A DNA stretch of 64,000 nt from Eledone cirrhosa (GCA_964016885.1 OZ024740.1:18414001-18478000); one strand, 5' to 3'. Positions 1 to 11,699 are shown, counted from the stretch's first letter. The notes: generated by a model not told the origin, from the sequence alone. A program made the numbers and translations.

Positions 1-187
1 AACGGTATATACTCCTTTGTATTCATTTCTTTTGTAACCGCTCTGCTTATATTCTCGCCCACTAAATATTAGCGCTTCTAATATTTAACCCTGTAGGCAC
101 GAGTATTGAGCACATTTGCACAAACTATTGGCAACTAAATATATGTATCGCTTATTTTTCCTTTTTTCTCTCTCTCGATACTTAAAC

Positions 188-189
<2 letters not shown>

Positions 190-250
<61 letters not shown>
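190..250. repeat. (AT)n microsatellite, ~30 units
   Basis: Perfect TA/AT run read directly from 190 to 250. Confidence 0.98.
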
Positions 251-255
<5 letters not shown>

Positions 256-276
256 CAGTCTAGTACTGGGGTCGAT
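251..276 (+). mobile_element. Short fragment resembling an abundant octopus/cephalopod SINE body
   Basis: AGTACCAGTCTAGTACTGGGGTCGAT resembles the AGTACCAGTTGAGCACTGGGGTCGAT segment I recall from octopus SINE repeats. It contains a CCAGT...ACTGG inverted repeat. The assignment is from memory and was not searched. Confidence 0.4.
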
Positions 277-383
277 TCTTCCTATATATCTCTTTCTCAT
301 TTCCTCTTTCTCGTTTTCTATCTTTCTCTGGAAGAAATCTGCTGTACTCAGGCCAGGAGAGAGAGCTTAAAATGCCCAACAAA

Positions 384-403
384 CGCCGTATTTCAATACG
401 GCG
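384..403. other. Perfect GC-rich palindrome/hairpin CGCCGTATT-TC-AATACGGCG
   Basis: The 9-bp arms 384-392 and 395-403 are exact reverse complements. A second inverted repeat follows directly: CCCCTA(404-409)...TAGGGG(419-424). Confidence 0.85.
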
Positions 404-755
404 CCCCTACGACTCTATTAGGGGTATGGGACCATATATATATTACAGATGATAAGTTGCTTATACATGGTTGTTACGTGGGCGATGCCAAACCACTTCA
501 CGCCAGTAGTTTATCCCAGCTAAGCGTTGGTGATTAGTATTCATTGAGTATTCATTTATCAATAAGAGTAGTTAAGAGGGGATTATTTTACCAAGCTTTA
601 TTACATGATATATATTTCTGTTACATGGTTATGCATGTGACTTCATCAGACACTTACGCAATCATTGGTGTAGTTATGCAATCATTGGGATATGTCGCTG
701 CTAATGTATTACCATCCTGTTTTGGTGCCAGCAGACATATGAATCTCTTTACTTA

Positions 756-1022
756 TTAAGTTCTAGTAGTAGATGTATCATCCTTCTGATTCGTTGATAT
801 TTAGGATCCTATATTTAATTATTGTTGACATATTTGCTCTTACATCTCAGCTTGTGGTCTATTATGTCTTCCGCAATCCTTAGCTTCCGTTATCATCATA
901 TCTCCTTTAGACCACTGGCTGAGATGTAGCAGTAAATATGTCAACATTTAAGTATTGGAACTTTACCAGGAGCCTACAAAACCAACCAAAAGGCTCATAC
1001 ATCTACTACTACTACAATTTAA
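756..1022. mobile_element. Fold-back (long imperfect inverted repeat) element, MITE-like or hairpin-RNA-like
   Basis: Outer arms 764-778 (TAGTAGTAGATGTAT) and 997-1011 (ATACATCTACTACTA) are perfectly complementary. Inner arms 823-861 and 908-946 pair at 34/39 Watson-Crick positions. Intervening segments ~782-810 and ~968-993 are partly complementary. The loop is 46 nt (862-907). TTAA occurs at 756-759 and 1019-1022. Confidence 0.7.
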
Positions 1023-1283
1023 TTTTCCTCATGGTTTACTTCGAATGAAACAGTTCTAGTCCTGTAGAAGCCATTTCTATATTAAATTTATTGCATACAC
1101 TTTACTAATGTATTGAATACTTTACTTTCTGTGGTTTCCCCCAATTGAACCCGGGACTCATATATTGCCAAATAAATTAACTATGGAGATATAAAAGATA
1201 CAGAAGCGAAAACCAACCAAACAGTGAGTGTGTTCTGTTATTATTTTTGGTAATATTACAACAATATGACCCTCCCCAAGTAT

Positions 1284-1287
<4 letters not shown>

Positions 1288-1322
<35 letters not shown>
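1288..1322. repeat. (AT)n microsatellite, ~17 units
   Basis: Perfect AT run. Confidence 0.97.
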
Positions 1323-1325
<3 letters not shown>

Positions 1326-1639
1326 TACGTGTCAGTTTGTGCATGTGTGCTTAGCAAAGGAAAGTATAAGCTTAGCTATGCAAGACTTTTCTTAGCTAAA
1401 AAGTGTGAAGTCAACAAGTGTGATTGTTAACAAAACAGAAAACTAAACAAGAATTGATCAAAGTTTAAGCAAATGCATGGAGGGATTGTTATGTAGGTTA
1501 AAGATCGGCAATTCAATCTGTTAGATTTAGACTAGATTACAGCATTAGTTATTTCAACTGTTAGTCCTCCTAGAGATCAATTTCAGATATTTGGAGCGCG
1601 ACCTTCACATGAAATAATGAAAACAAAATCACATTTTCG

Positions 1640-1919
1640 TCTCTTCCTCTCCCCCTCTCTCTCTCTCTCTCTCTCCCCTTCTCTTTTTCTCCTTATCTCT
1701 CCCCCCTCTCTCTCCTCTCTCTCCTCTCTCTCTCCCTCTTCCCTTCTCTCTCCCCGTCTCTCGCCCTCTCTCTCCCCGCTCGCTTGCTCTTTCTCCCCCG
1801 CCTCTCTTTTTCCTTCTAGCTCACTTGTTAGCTCACTTTCTCTCTCCTCTCTCTCACCCTATCCCCCCTCTCTGCCTGTCTCTCGCCCCCTCTCTCTATC
1901 CATCTATCTATTTCTCTCT
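1640..1919. repeat. Degenerate (CT)n / polypyrimidine low-complexity tract
   Basis: ~280 bp almost entirely C/T on the + strand, with interrupted CTCTCT and CCCCCTCTCT units. Confidence 0.93.
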
Positions 1920-2054
1920 GTATCGGTATATATTTCTTTTCTTGTAATGTTGACCTTGCGCCAAATAGCGACGCCACCGCTGTACATCAGTGGCCATAAC
2001 TGGACTACAAAACCTAGGGTTCACATGTTAAGTGTATGAAATTTGAATTACACA

Positions 2055-2057
<3 letters not shown>

Positions 2058-2121
<64 letters not shown>

Positions 2122-2508
2122 TACATACATACACACATATATACATACATACATACACATACATACATACACACATACATACACACATATACACGCACAT
2201 ACACACACACATATACATACACATACACACACACATGCATACATACACACATATACACGCACATACACACACACATATACATACACATACACACACACAT
2301 GCATACATACACACATATATACATACACACATACACATACATACACACACATACACACATACATACACACGCACATACATACACACACACACACATATAA
2401 ATATACACACATACACACACATACACGTACACACATACACACACACACATATATATTTTAATTACACAATATACACACACGCAAACACACACACATACAC
2501 ACACACAC
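2058..2508. repeat. Compound microsatellite: pure (CA)~30 (2058-2117) followed by mixed (ATAC)n/(AC)n/(AT)n
   Basis: ~450 bp of near-continuous alternating purine-pyrimidine sequence. Confidence 0.97.
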
Positions 2509-3599
2509 TTACAATATATATCCGTATGTAGCTAACGGTCGAGAGAAAATAGTGCTCAATACCTACGTAGATTTTAAATATTAATTGTTATTAATTTTAT
2601 TAAGACTCACTATTTAGCCATAATAAAATGAATATAAATGAATTTAGTGCAAGAATTACAGGAACTGATGCAGTAATACGCCAGTTTCAGTAGTCACTGG
2701 TGCAGTAATACGTCAGTTTCAGTAGTCAGTGGTGCAGTAATACGTCAGTTTCAGTAGTCAGTGGTTCAGTAATACGTCAGTTTCAGTAGTCACTGGTGCA
2801 GTAATACGTCAGTTTCAGTAGTCAGTGGTTCAGTAATACGCCAGTTTCAGTAGTCACTGGTGCAGTAATACGTCAGTTTCAGTAGTCAGTGGTGCAGTAA
2901 TACGTCAGTTTCAGTAGTCACTGGTGCAGTAATACGCCAGTTTCAGTAGTCAGTGGTGCAGTAATACGCCAGTTTCAGTAGTCAGTGGTGCAGTAATACG
3001 CCAGTTTCAGTAGTCACTGGTGCAGTAATACGCCAGTTTCAGTAGTCACTGGTGCAGTAATACGCCAGTTTCAGTAGTCACTGGTGCAGTAATACGCCAG
3101 TTTCAGTAGTCACTGGTGCAGTAATACGCCAGTTTCAGTAGTCACTGGTGCAGTAATACGTCAGTTTCAGTAGTCACTGGTGCAGTAATACGCCAGTTTC
3201 AGTAGTCACTGGTGCAGTAATACGCCAGTTTCAGTAGTCAGTGGTTCAGTAATACGTCAGTTTCAGTAGTCAGTGGTTCAGTAATACGTCAGTTTCAGTA
3301 GTCAGTGGTGCAGTAATACGCCAGTTTCAGTAGTCAGTGGTGCAGTAATACGTCAGTTTCAGTAGTCACTGGTGCAGTAATACGCCAGTTTCAGTAGTCA
3401 GTGGTGCAGTAATACTTCAGTTTCAGTAGTCAGTGGTGCAGTAATACGTCAGTTTCAGTAGTCACTGGTGCAGTAATACGTCAGTTTCAGTAGTCAGTGG
3501 TTCAGTAATACGTCAGTTTCAGTAGTCAGTGGTTCAGTAATACGTCAGTTTCAGTAGTCAGTGGTGCAGTAATACGTCAGTTTCAGTAGTCAGTGGTTC

Positions 3600-6500
3600 A
3601 GTAATACGTCAGTTTCAGTAGTCAGTGGTGCAGTAATACGTCAGTTTCAGTAGTCAGTGGTTCAGTAATACGTCAGTTTCAGTAGTCAGTGGTGCAGTAA
3701 TACGTCAGTTTCAGTAGTCAGTGGTTCAGTAATACGTCAGTTTCAGTAGTCAGTGGTGCAGTAATACGTCAGTTTCAGTAGTCAGTGGTGCAGTAATACG
3801 TCAGTTTCAGTAGTCACTGGTGCAGTAATACGTCAGTTTCAGTAGTCAGTGGTGCAGTAATACGTCAGTTTCAGTAGTCAGTGGTTCAGTAATACGTCAG
3901 TTTCAGTAGTCAGTGGTTCAGTAATACGTCAGTTTCAGTAGTCAGTGGTTCAGTAATACGTCAGTTTCAGTAGTCAGTGGTGCAGTAATACGTCAGTTTC
4001 AGTAGTCAGTGGTTCAGTAATACGTCAGTTTCAGTAGTCAGTGGTGCAGTAATACGTCAGTTTCAGTAGTCAGTGGTTCAGTAATACGTCAGTTTCAGTA
4101 GTCAGTGGTGCAGTAATACGTCAGTTTCAGTAGTCAGTGGTGCAGTAATACGTCAGTTTCAGTAGTCAGTGGTGCAGTAAAACGTTAGTTTCAGTAGTCA
4201 CTGGTGCAGTAATACGTCAGTTTCAGTAGTCAGTGGTTCAGTAATACGTCAGTTTCAGTAGTCAGTGGTGCAGTAATACGTCAGTTTCAGTAGTCACTGG
4301 TGCAGTAATACGTCAGTTTCAGTAGTCAGTGGTTCAGTAATACGTCAGTTTCAGTAGTCAGTGGTGCAGTAATACGTCAGTTTCAGTAGTCAGTGGTTCA
4401 GTAATACGTCAGTTTCAGTAGTCAGTGGTTCAGTAATACGTCAGTTTCAGTAGTCAGTGGTGCAGTAATACGTCAGTTTCAGTAGTCAGTGGTGCAGTAA
4501 TACGTCAGTTTCAGTAGTCAGTGGTGCAGTAATACGTCAGTTTCAGTAGTCACTGGTGCAGTAATACGTCAGTTTCAGTAGTCAGTGGTTCAGTAATACG
4601 TCAGTTTCAGTAGTCAGTGGTTCAGTAATACGTCAGTTTCAGTAGTCAGTGGTGCAGTAATACGTCAGTTTCAGTAGTCACTGGTGCAGTAATACGTCAG
4701 TTTCAGTAGTCAGTGGTTCAGTAATATGTCAGTTTCAGTAGTCAGTGGTGCAGTAATACGCCAGTTTCAGTAGTCACTGGTGCAGTAATACGTCAGTTTC
4801 AGTAGTCACTGGTGCAGTAATACGCCAGTTTCAGTAGTCACTGGTGCAGTAATACGTCAGTTTCAGTAGTCAGTGGTTCAGTAATACGTCAGTTTCAGTA
4901 GTCAGTGGTGCAGTAATACGCCAGTGTCAGTAGTCACTGGTGCAGTAATACGTCAGTTTCAGTAGTCAGTGGTTCAGTAATACGTCAGTTTCAGTAGTCA
5001 GTGGTGCAATAATACGCCAGTTTCAGTAGTCAGTGGTTCAGTAATACGTCAGTTTCAGTAGTCAGTGGTTCAGTAATACGTCAGTTTCAGTAGTCACTGG
5101 TGCAGTAATACGCCAGTTTCAGTAGTCACTGGTGCAGTAATACGCCAGTTTCAGTAGTCACTGGTGCAGTAATACGTCAGTTTCAGTAGTCAGTGGTTCA
5201 GTAATACGTCAGTTTCAGTAGTCACTGGTGCAGTAATACGCCAGTTTCAGTAGTCACTGGTGCAGTAATACGTCAGTTTCAGTAGTCAGTGGTTCAGTAA
5301 TACGTCAGTTTCAGTAGTCAGTGGTGCAGTAATACGCCAGTTTCAGTAGTCAGTGGTTCAGTAATACGTCAGTTTCAGTAGTCAGTGGTTCAGTAATACG
5401 TCAGTTTCAGTAGTCACTGGTGCAGTAATACGCCAGTTTCAGTAGTCACTGGTGCAGTAATACGTCAGTTTCAGTAGTCACTGGTGCAGTAATACGCCAG
5501 TTTCAGTAGTCACTGGTGCAGTAATACGCCAGTTTCAGTAGTCACTGGTGCAGTAATACGCCAGTTTCAGTAGTCACTGGTGCAGTAATACGTCAGTTTC
5601 AGTAGTCAGTGGTGCAGTAATACGCCAGTTTCAGTAGTCACTGGTGCAGTAATACGTCAGTTTCAGTAGTCAGTGGTGCAGTAATACGTCAGTTTCAGTA
5701 GTCAGTGGTGCAGTAATACGCCAGTTTCAGTAGTCAGTGGTGCAGTAATACGTCAGTTTCAGTAGTCAGTGGTGCAGTAATACGTCAGTTTCAGTAGTCA
5801 GTGGTGCAGTAATACGTCAGTTTCAGTAGTCAGTGGTGCAGTAATACGTCAGTTTCAGTAGTCAGTGGTGCAGTAATACGTCAGTTTCAGTAGTCAGTGG
5901 TTCAGTAATACGTCAGTTTCAGTAGTCAGTGGTGCAGTAATACGTCAGTTTCAGTAGTCACTGGTGCAGTAATACGCCAGTTTCAGTAGTCACTGGTGCA
6001 GTAATACGTCAGTTTCAGTAGTCAGTGGTGCAGTAATACGCCAGTGTCAGTAGTCACTGGTGCAGTAATACGTCAGTTTCAGTAGTCAGTGGTGCAGTAA
6101 TACGTCAGTTTCAGTAGTCAGTGGTGCAGTAATACGCCAGTTTCAGTAGTCACTGGTGCAGTAATACGTCAGTTTCAGTAGTCAGTGGTGCAGTAATACG
6201 TCAGTTTCAGTAGTCAGTGGTGCAGTAATACGTCAGTTTCAGTAGTCAGTGGTTCAGTAATACGTCAGTTTCAGTAGTCAGTGGTGCAGTAATACGTCAG
6301 TTTCAGTAGTCAGTGGTTCAGTAATACGTCAGTTTCAGTAGTCACTGGTGCAGTAATACGCCAGTTTCAGTAGTCACTGGTGCAGTAATACGTCAGTTTC
6401 AGTAGTCAGTGGTGCAGTAATACGCCAGTTTCAGTAGTCACTGGTGCAGTAATACGTCAGTTTCAGTAGTCAGTGGTGCAGTAATACGTCAGTTTCAGTA

Positions 6501-9500
6501 GTCAGTGGTGCAGTAATACGCCAGTTTCAGTAGTCACTGGTGCAGTAATACGTCAGTTTCAGTAGTCAGTGGTGCAGTAATACGTCAGTTTCAGTAGTCA
6601 GTGGTTCAGTAATACGTCAGTTTCAGTAGTCAGAGGTTCAGTAATACGTCAGTTTCAGTAGTCAGTGGTGCAGTAATACGTCAGTTTCAGTAGTCAGTGG
6701 TTCAGTAATACGTCAGTTTCAGTAGTCAGTGGTGCAGTAATACGTCAGTTTCAGTAGTCAGTGGTTCAGTAATACGTCAGTTTCAGTAGTCAGTGGTGCA
6801 GTAATACGTCAGTTTCAGTAGTCAGTGGTGCAGTAATACGTCAGTTTCAGTAGTCACTGGTGCAGTAATACGTCAGTTTCAGTAGTCAGTGGTGCAGTAA
6901 TACGTCAGTTTCAGTAGTCAGTGGTTCAGTAATACGTCAGTTTCAGTAGTCAGTGGTTCAGTAATACGTCAGTTTCAGTAGTCAGTGGTTCAGTAATACG
7001 TCAGTTTCAGTAGTCAGTGGTGCAGTAATACGTCAGTTTCAGTAGTCAGTGGTTCAGTAATACGTCAGTTTCAGTAGTCAGTGGTGCAGTAATACGTCAG
7101 TTTCAGTAGTCAGTGGTTCAGTAATACGTCAGTTTCAGTAGTCAGTGGTGCAGTAATACGTCAGTTTCAGTAGTCAGTGGTGCAGTAATACGTCAGTTTC
7201 AGTAGTCAGTGGTGCAGTAAAACGTTAGTTTCAGTAGTCACTGGTGCAGTAATACGTCAGTTTCAGTAGTCAGTGGTTCAGTAATACGTCAGTTTCAGTA
7301 GTCAGTGGTGCAGTAATACGTCAGTTTCAGTAGTCACTGGTGCAGTAATACGTCAGTTTCAGTAGTCAGTGGTTCAGTAATACGTCAGTTTCAGTAGTCA
7401 GTGGTGCAGTAATACGTCAGTTTCAGTAGTCAGTGGTTCAGTAATACGTCAGTTTCAGTAGTCAGTGGTTCAGTAATACGTCAGTTTCAGTAGTCAGTGG
7501 TGCAGTAATACGTCAGTTTCAGTAGTCAGTGGTGCAGTAATACGTCAGTTTCAGTAGTCAGTGGTGCAGTAATACGTCAGTTTCAGTAGTCACTGGTGCA
7601 GTAATACGTCAGTTTCAGTAGTCAGTGGTTCAGTAATACGTCAGTTTCAGTAGTCAGTGGTTCAGTAATACGTCAGTTTCAGTAGTCAGTGGTGCAGTAA
7701 TACGTCAGTTTCAGTAGTCAGTGGTGCAGTAATACGTCAGTTTCAGTAGTCAGTGGTTCAGTAATATGTCAGTTTCAGTAGTCAGTGGTGCAGTAATACG
7801 CCAGTTTCAGTAGTCACTGGTGCAGTAATACGTCAGTTTCAGTAGTCACTGGTGCAGTAATACGCCAGTTTCAGTAGTCACTGGTGCAGTAATACGTCAG
7901 TTTCAGTAGTCAGTGGTTCAGTAATACGTCAGTTTCAGTAGTCAGTGGTGCAGTAATACGCCAGTGTCAGTAGTCACTGGTGCAGTAATACGTCAGTTTC
8001 AGTAGTCAGTGGTTCAGTAATACGTCAGTTTCAGTAGTCAGTGGTGCAATAATACGCCAGTTTCAGTAGTCAGTGGTTCAGTAATACGTCAGTTTCAGTA
8101 GTCAGTGGTTCAGTAATACGTCAGTTTCAGTAGTCACTGGTGCAGTAATACGCCAGTTTCAGTAGTCACTGGTGCAGTAATACGCCAGTTTCAGTAGTCA
8201 CTGGTGCAGTAATACGTCAGTTTCAGTAGTCAGTGGTTCAGTAATACGTCAGTTTCAGTAGTCACTGGTGCAGTAATACGCCAGTTTCAGTAGTCACTGG
8301 TGCAGTAATACGTCAGTTTCAGTAGTCAGTGGTTCAGTAATACGTCAGTTTCAGTAGTCAGTGGTGCAGTAATACGCCAGTTTCAGTAGTCAGTGGTTCA
8401 GTAATACGTCAGTTTCAGTAGTCAGTGGTTCAGTAATACGTCAGTTTCAGTAGTCACTGGTGCAGTAATACGCCAGTTTCAGTAGTCACTGGTGCAGTAA
8501 TACGTCAGTTTCAGTAGTCACTGGTGCAGTAATACGCCAGTTTCAGTAGTCACTGGTGCAGTAATACGCCAGTTTCAGTAGTCACTGGTGCAGTAATACG
8601 CCAGTTTCAGTAGTCACTGGTGCAGTAATACGTCAGTTTCAGTAGTCAGTGGTGCAGTAATACGCCAGTTTCAGTAGTCACTGGTGCAGTAATACGTCAG
8701 TTTCAGTAGTCAGTGGTGCAGTAATACGTCAGTTTCAGTAGTCAGTGGTGCAGTAATACGCCAGTTTCAGTAGTCAGTGGTGCAGTAATACGTCAGTTTC
8801 AGTAGTCAGTGGTGCAGTAATACGTCAGTTTCAGTAGTCAGTGGTGCAGTAATACGTCAGTTTCAGTAGTCAGTGGTGCAGTAATACGTCAGTTTCAGTA
8901 GTCAGTGGTGCAGTAATACGTCAGTTTCAGTAGTCAGTGGTTCAGTAATACGTCAGTTTCAGTAGTCAGTGGTGCAGTAATACGTCAGTTTCAGTAGTCA
9001 CTGGTGCAGTAATACGCCAGTTTCAGTAGTCACTGGTGCAGTAATACGTCAGTTTCAGTAGTCAGTGGTGCAGTAATACGCCAGTGTCAGTAGTCACTGG
9101 TGCAGTAATACGTCAGTTTCAGTAGTCAGTGGTGCAGTAATACGTCAGTTTCAGTAGTCAGTGGTGCAGTAATACGCCAGTTTCAGTAGTCACTGGTGCA
9201 GTAATACGTCAGTTTCAGTAGTCAGTGGTGCAGTAATACGTCAGTTTCAGTAGTCAGTGGTGCAGTAATACGTCAGTTTCAGTAGTCAGTGGTTCAGTAA
9301 TACGTCAGTTTCAGTAGTCAGTGGTGCAGTAATACGTCAGTTTCAGTAGTCAGTGGTTCAGTAATACGTCAGTTTCAGTAGTCACTGGTGCAGTAATACG
9401 CCAGTTTCAGTAGTCACTGGTGCAGTAATACGTCAGTTTCAGTAGTCAGTGGTGCAGTAATACGCCAGTTTCAGTAGTCACTGGTGCAGTAATACGTCAG

Positions 9501-9890
9501 TTTCAGTAGTCAGTGGTGCAGTAATACGTCAGTTTCAGTAGTCAGTGGTGCAGTAATACGCCAGTTTCAGTAGTCACTGGTGCAGTAATACGTCAGTTTC
9601 AGTAGTCAGTGGTGCAGTAATACGTCAGTTTCAGTAGTCAGTGGTTCAGTAATACGTCAGTTTCAGTAGTCAGAGGTTCAGTAATACGTCAGTTTCAGTA
9701 GTCAGTGGTGCAGTAATACGTCAGTTTCAGTAGTCAGTGGTTCAGTAATACGTCAGTTTCAGTAGTCAGTGGTGCAGTAATACGTCAGTTTCAGTAGTCA
9801 GTGGTTCAGTAATACGTCAGTTTCAGTAGTCAGTGGTGCAGTAATACGTCAGTTTCAGTAGTCAGTGGTGCAGTAATACGTCAGTTTCAG
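3600..9890. repeat. Tandem duplication of a 3,040-bp (95-monomer) block within the satellite
   Basis: Rare variants recur at an exact +3040 offset: AACGTTAG 4181/7221, GTAATATG 4721/7761, CCAGTGTC 4921/7961, GGTGCAAT ~5003/8043, CAGAGG 6631/9671. Ends are approximate. Confidence 0.92.
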
Positions 9891-11699
9891 TAGTCAGTGG
9901 TGCAGTAATACGTCAGTTTCAGTAGTCACTGGTGCAGTAATACGTCAGTTTCAGTAGTCAGTGGTTCAGTAATACGTCAGTTTCAGTAGTCAGTGGTGCA
10001 GTAACACGTCAGTTTCAGTAGTCACTGGTGCAGTAATACGTCAGTTTCAGTAGTCAGTGGTTCAGTAATACGTCAGTTTCAGTAGTCAGTGGTGCAGTAA
10101 TACGTCAGTTTCAGTAGTCACTGGTGCAGTAATACGTCAGTTTCAGTAGTCAGTGGTTCAGTAATACGTCAGTTTCAGTAGTCAGTGGTGCAGTAATACG
10201 TCAGTTTCAGTAGTCAGTGGTGCAGTAATACGCCAGTTTCAGTAGTCACTGGTGCAGTAATACGCCAGTTTCAGTAGTCACTGGTGCAGTAATACGTCAG
10301 TTTCAGTAGTCACTGGTGCAGTAATACGCCAGTTTCAGTACTCAGTGGTGCAGTAATACGTCAGTTTCAGTAGTCAGTGGTGCAGTAATACGTCAGTTTC
10401 AGTAGTCACTGGTGCAGTAATACGTCAGTTTCAGTAGTCAGTGGTGCAGTAATACGCCAGTTTCAGTAGTCAGTGGTGCAGTAATACGTCAGTTTCAGTA
10501 GTCACTGGTGCAGTAATACGTCAGTTTCAATAGTCAGTGGTTCAGTAATACGTCAGTTTCAGTAGTCAGTGGTGCAGTAATACGTCAGTTTCAGTAGTCA
10601 GTGGTGCAGTAATACGTCAGTTTCAGTAGTCAGTGGTGCAGTAATACGCCAGTTTCAGTAGTCACTGGTGCAGTAATACGTCAGTTTCAGTAGTCAGTGG
10701 TGCAGTAATACGTCAGTTTCAGTAGTCAGTGGTGCAGTAATACGCCAGTTTCAGTAGTCACTGGTGCAGTAATACGTCAGTTTCAGTAGTCACTGGTGCA
10801 GTAATACGCCAGTTTCAGTAGTCACTGGTGCAGTAATACGCCAGTTTCAGTAGTCACTGGTGCAGTAATACGCCAGTTTCAGTAGTCAGTGGTGCAGTAA
10901 TACGTCAGTTTCAGTAGTCAGTGGTGCAGTAATACGCCAGTTTCAGTAGTCACTGGTGCAGTAATACGTCAGTTTCAGTAGTCAGTGGTGCAGTAATACG
11001 TCAGTTTCAGTAGTCAGTGGTGCAGTAATACGTCAGTTTCAGTAGTCACTGGTGCAGTAATACGTCAGTTTCAGTAGTCAGTGGTGCAGTAATACGTCAG
11101 TTTCAGTAGTCACTGGTGCAGTAATACGTCAGTTTCAGTAGTCACTGGTGCAGTAATACGTCAGTTTCAGTAGTCAGTGGTGCAGTAATACGTCAGTTTC
11201 AGTAGTCAGTGGTGCAGTAATACGTCAGTTTCAGTAGTCAGTGGTGCAGTAATACGCCAGTTTCAGTAGTCACTGGTGCAGTAATACGTCAGTTTCAGTA
11301 GTCAGTGGTGCAGTAATACGCCAGTTTCAGTAGTCACTGGTGCAGTAATACGCCAGTTTCAGTAGTCACTGGTGCAGTAATACGTCAGTTTCAGTAGTCA
11401 GTGGTGCAGTAATACGTCAGTTTCAGTAGTCAGTGGTGCAGTAATACGCCAGTTTCAGTAGTCAGTGGTGCAGTAATACATCAGTTTCAGTAGTCACTGG
11501 TGCAGTAATACGTCAGTTTCAGTAGTCAGTGGTGCAGTAATACGTCAGTTACAGTAGTCAGTGGTGCAGTAATACGTCAGGTTCAGTAGTCACTGGTGCA
11601 GTAATACGTCAGTTTCAGTAGTCACTGGTGCAGTAATACGTCAGTTTCAGTAGTCAGTGGTTCAGTAATACGTCAGTTTCAGTAGTCAGTGGTTCAGTA

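Noticed and set aside
85-370. ORFs 85..300 (-) and 116..370 (+)
   Set aside because: Open only because they cross the (AT)n run (YIYIYI); no protein-like content.
544-759. 71-aa ORF on + strand
   Set aside because: Non-ATG start, short, no recognisable domain or splice context; expected by chance.
978-1221. 13-bp direct repeat AAAACCAACCAAA (978-990, 1209-1221) around a minus-strand B-box-like GTCCCGGGTTCAAT (~1144-1157): possible SINE with target-site duplication, or tRNA
   Set aside because: No properly spaced A box or cloverleaf. The repeat is low-complexity and its first copy lies inside the fold-back arm.
1617-2531. ORFs of 132-162 aa (SL-rich, CV/YM-rich, HT-rich)
   Set aside because: Translations of CT and CA/TA microsatellites, open in several frames on both strands.
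2622-2672. AATAAA (2622-2627) and TATAAA (2633-2638) just upstream of the array as a poly(A) signal or TATA promoter
   Set aside because: The surrounding DNA is very AT-rich, and spacing to the first CAGT (~38 bp) is not canonical; no supporting evidence.
2673-2690. Repeated 18-nt GT...AG micro-intron (GTAATACGTCAGTTTCAG) in each monomer
   Set aside because: Removal leaves 14-nt units that still cycle through TAG stops. Introns this small are not expected in an animal-like genome, and there is no transcript evidence.
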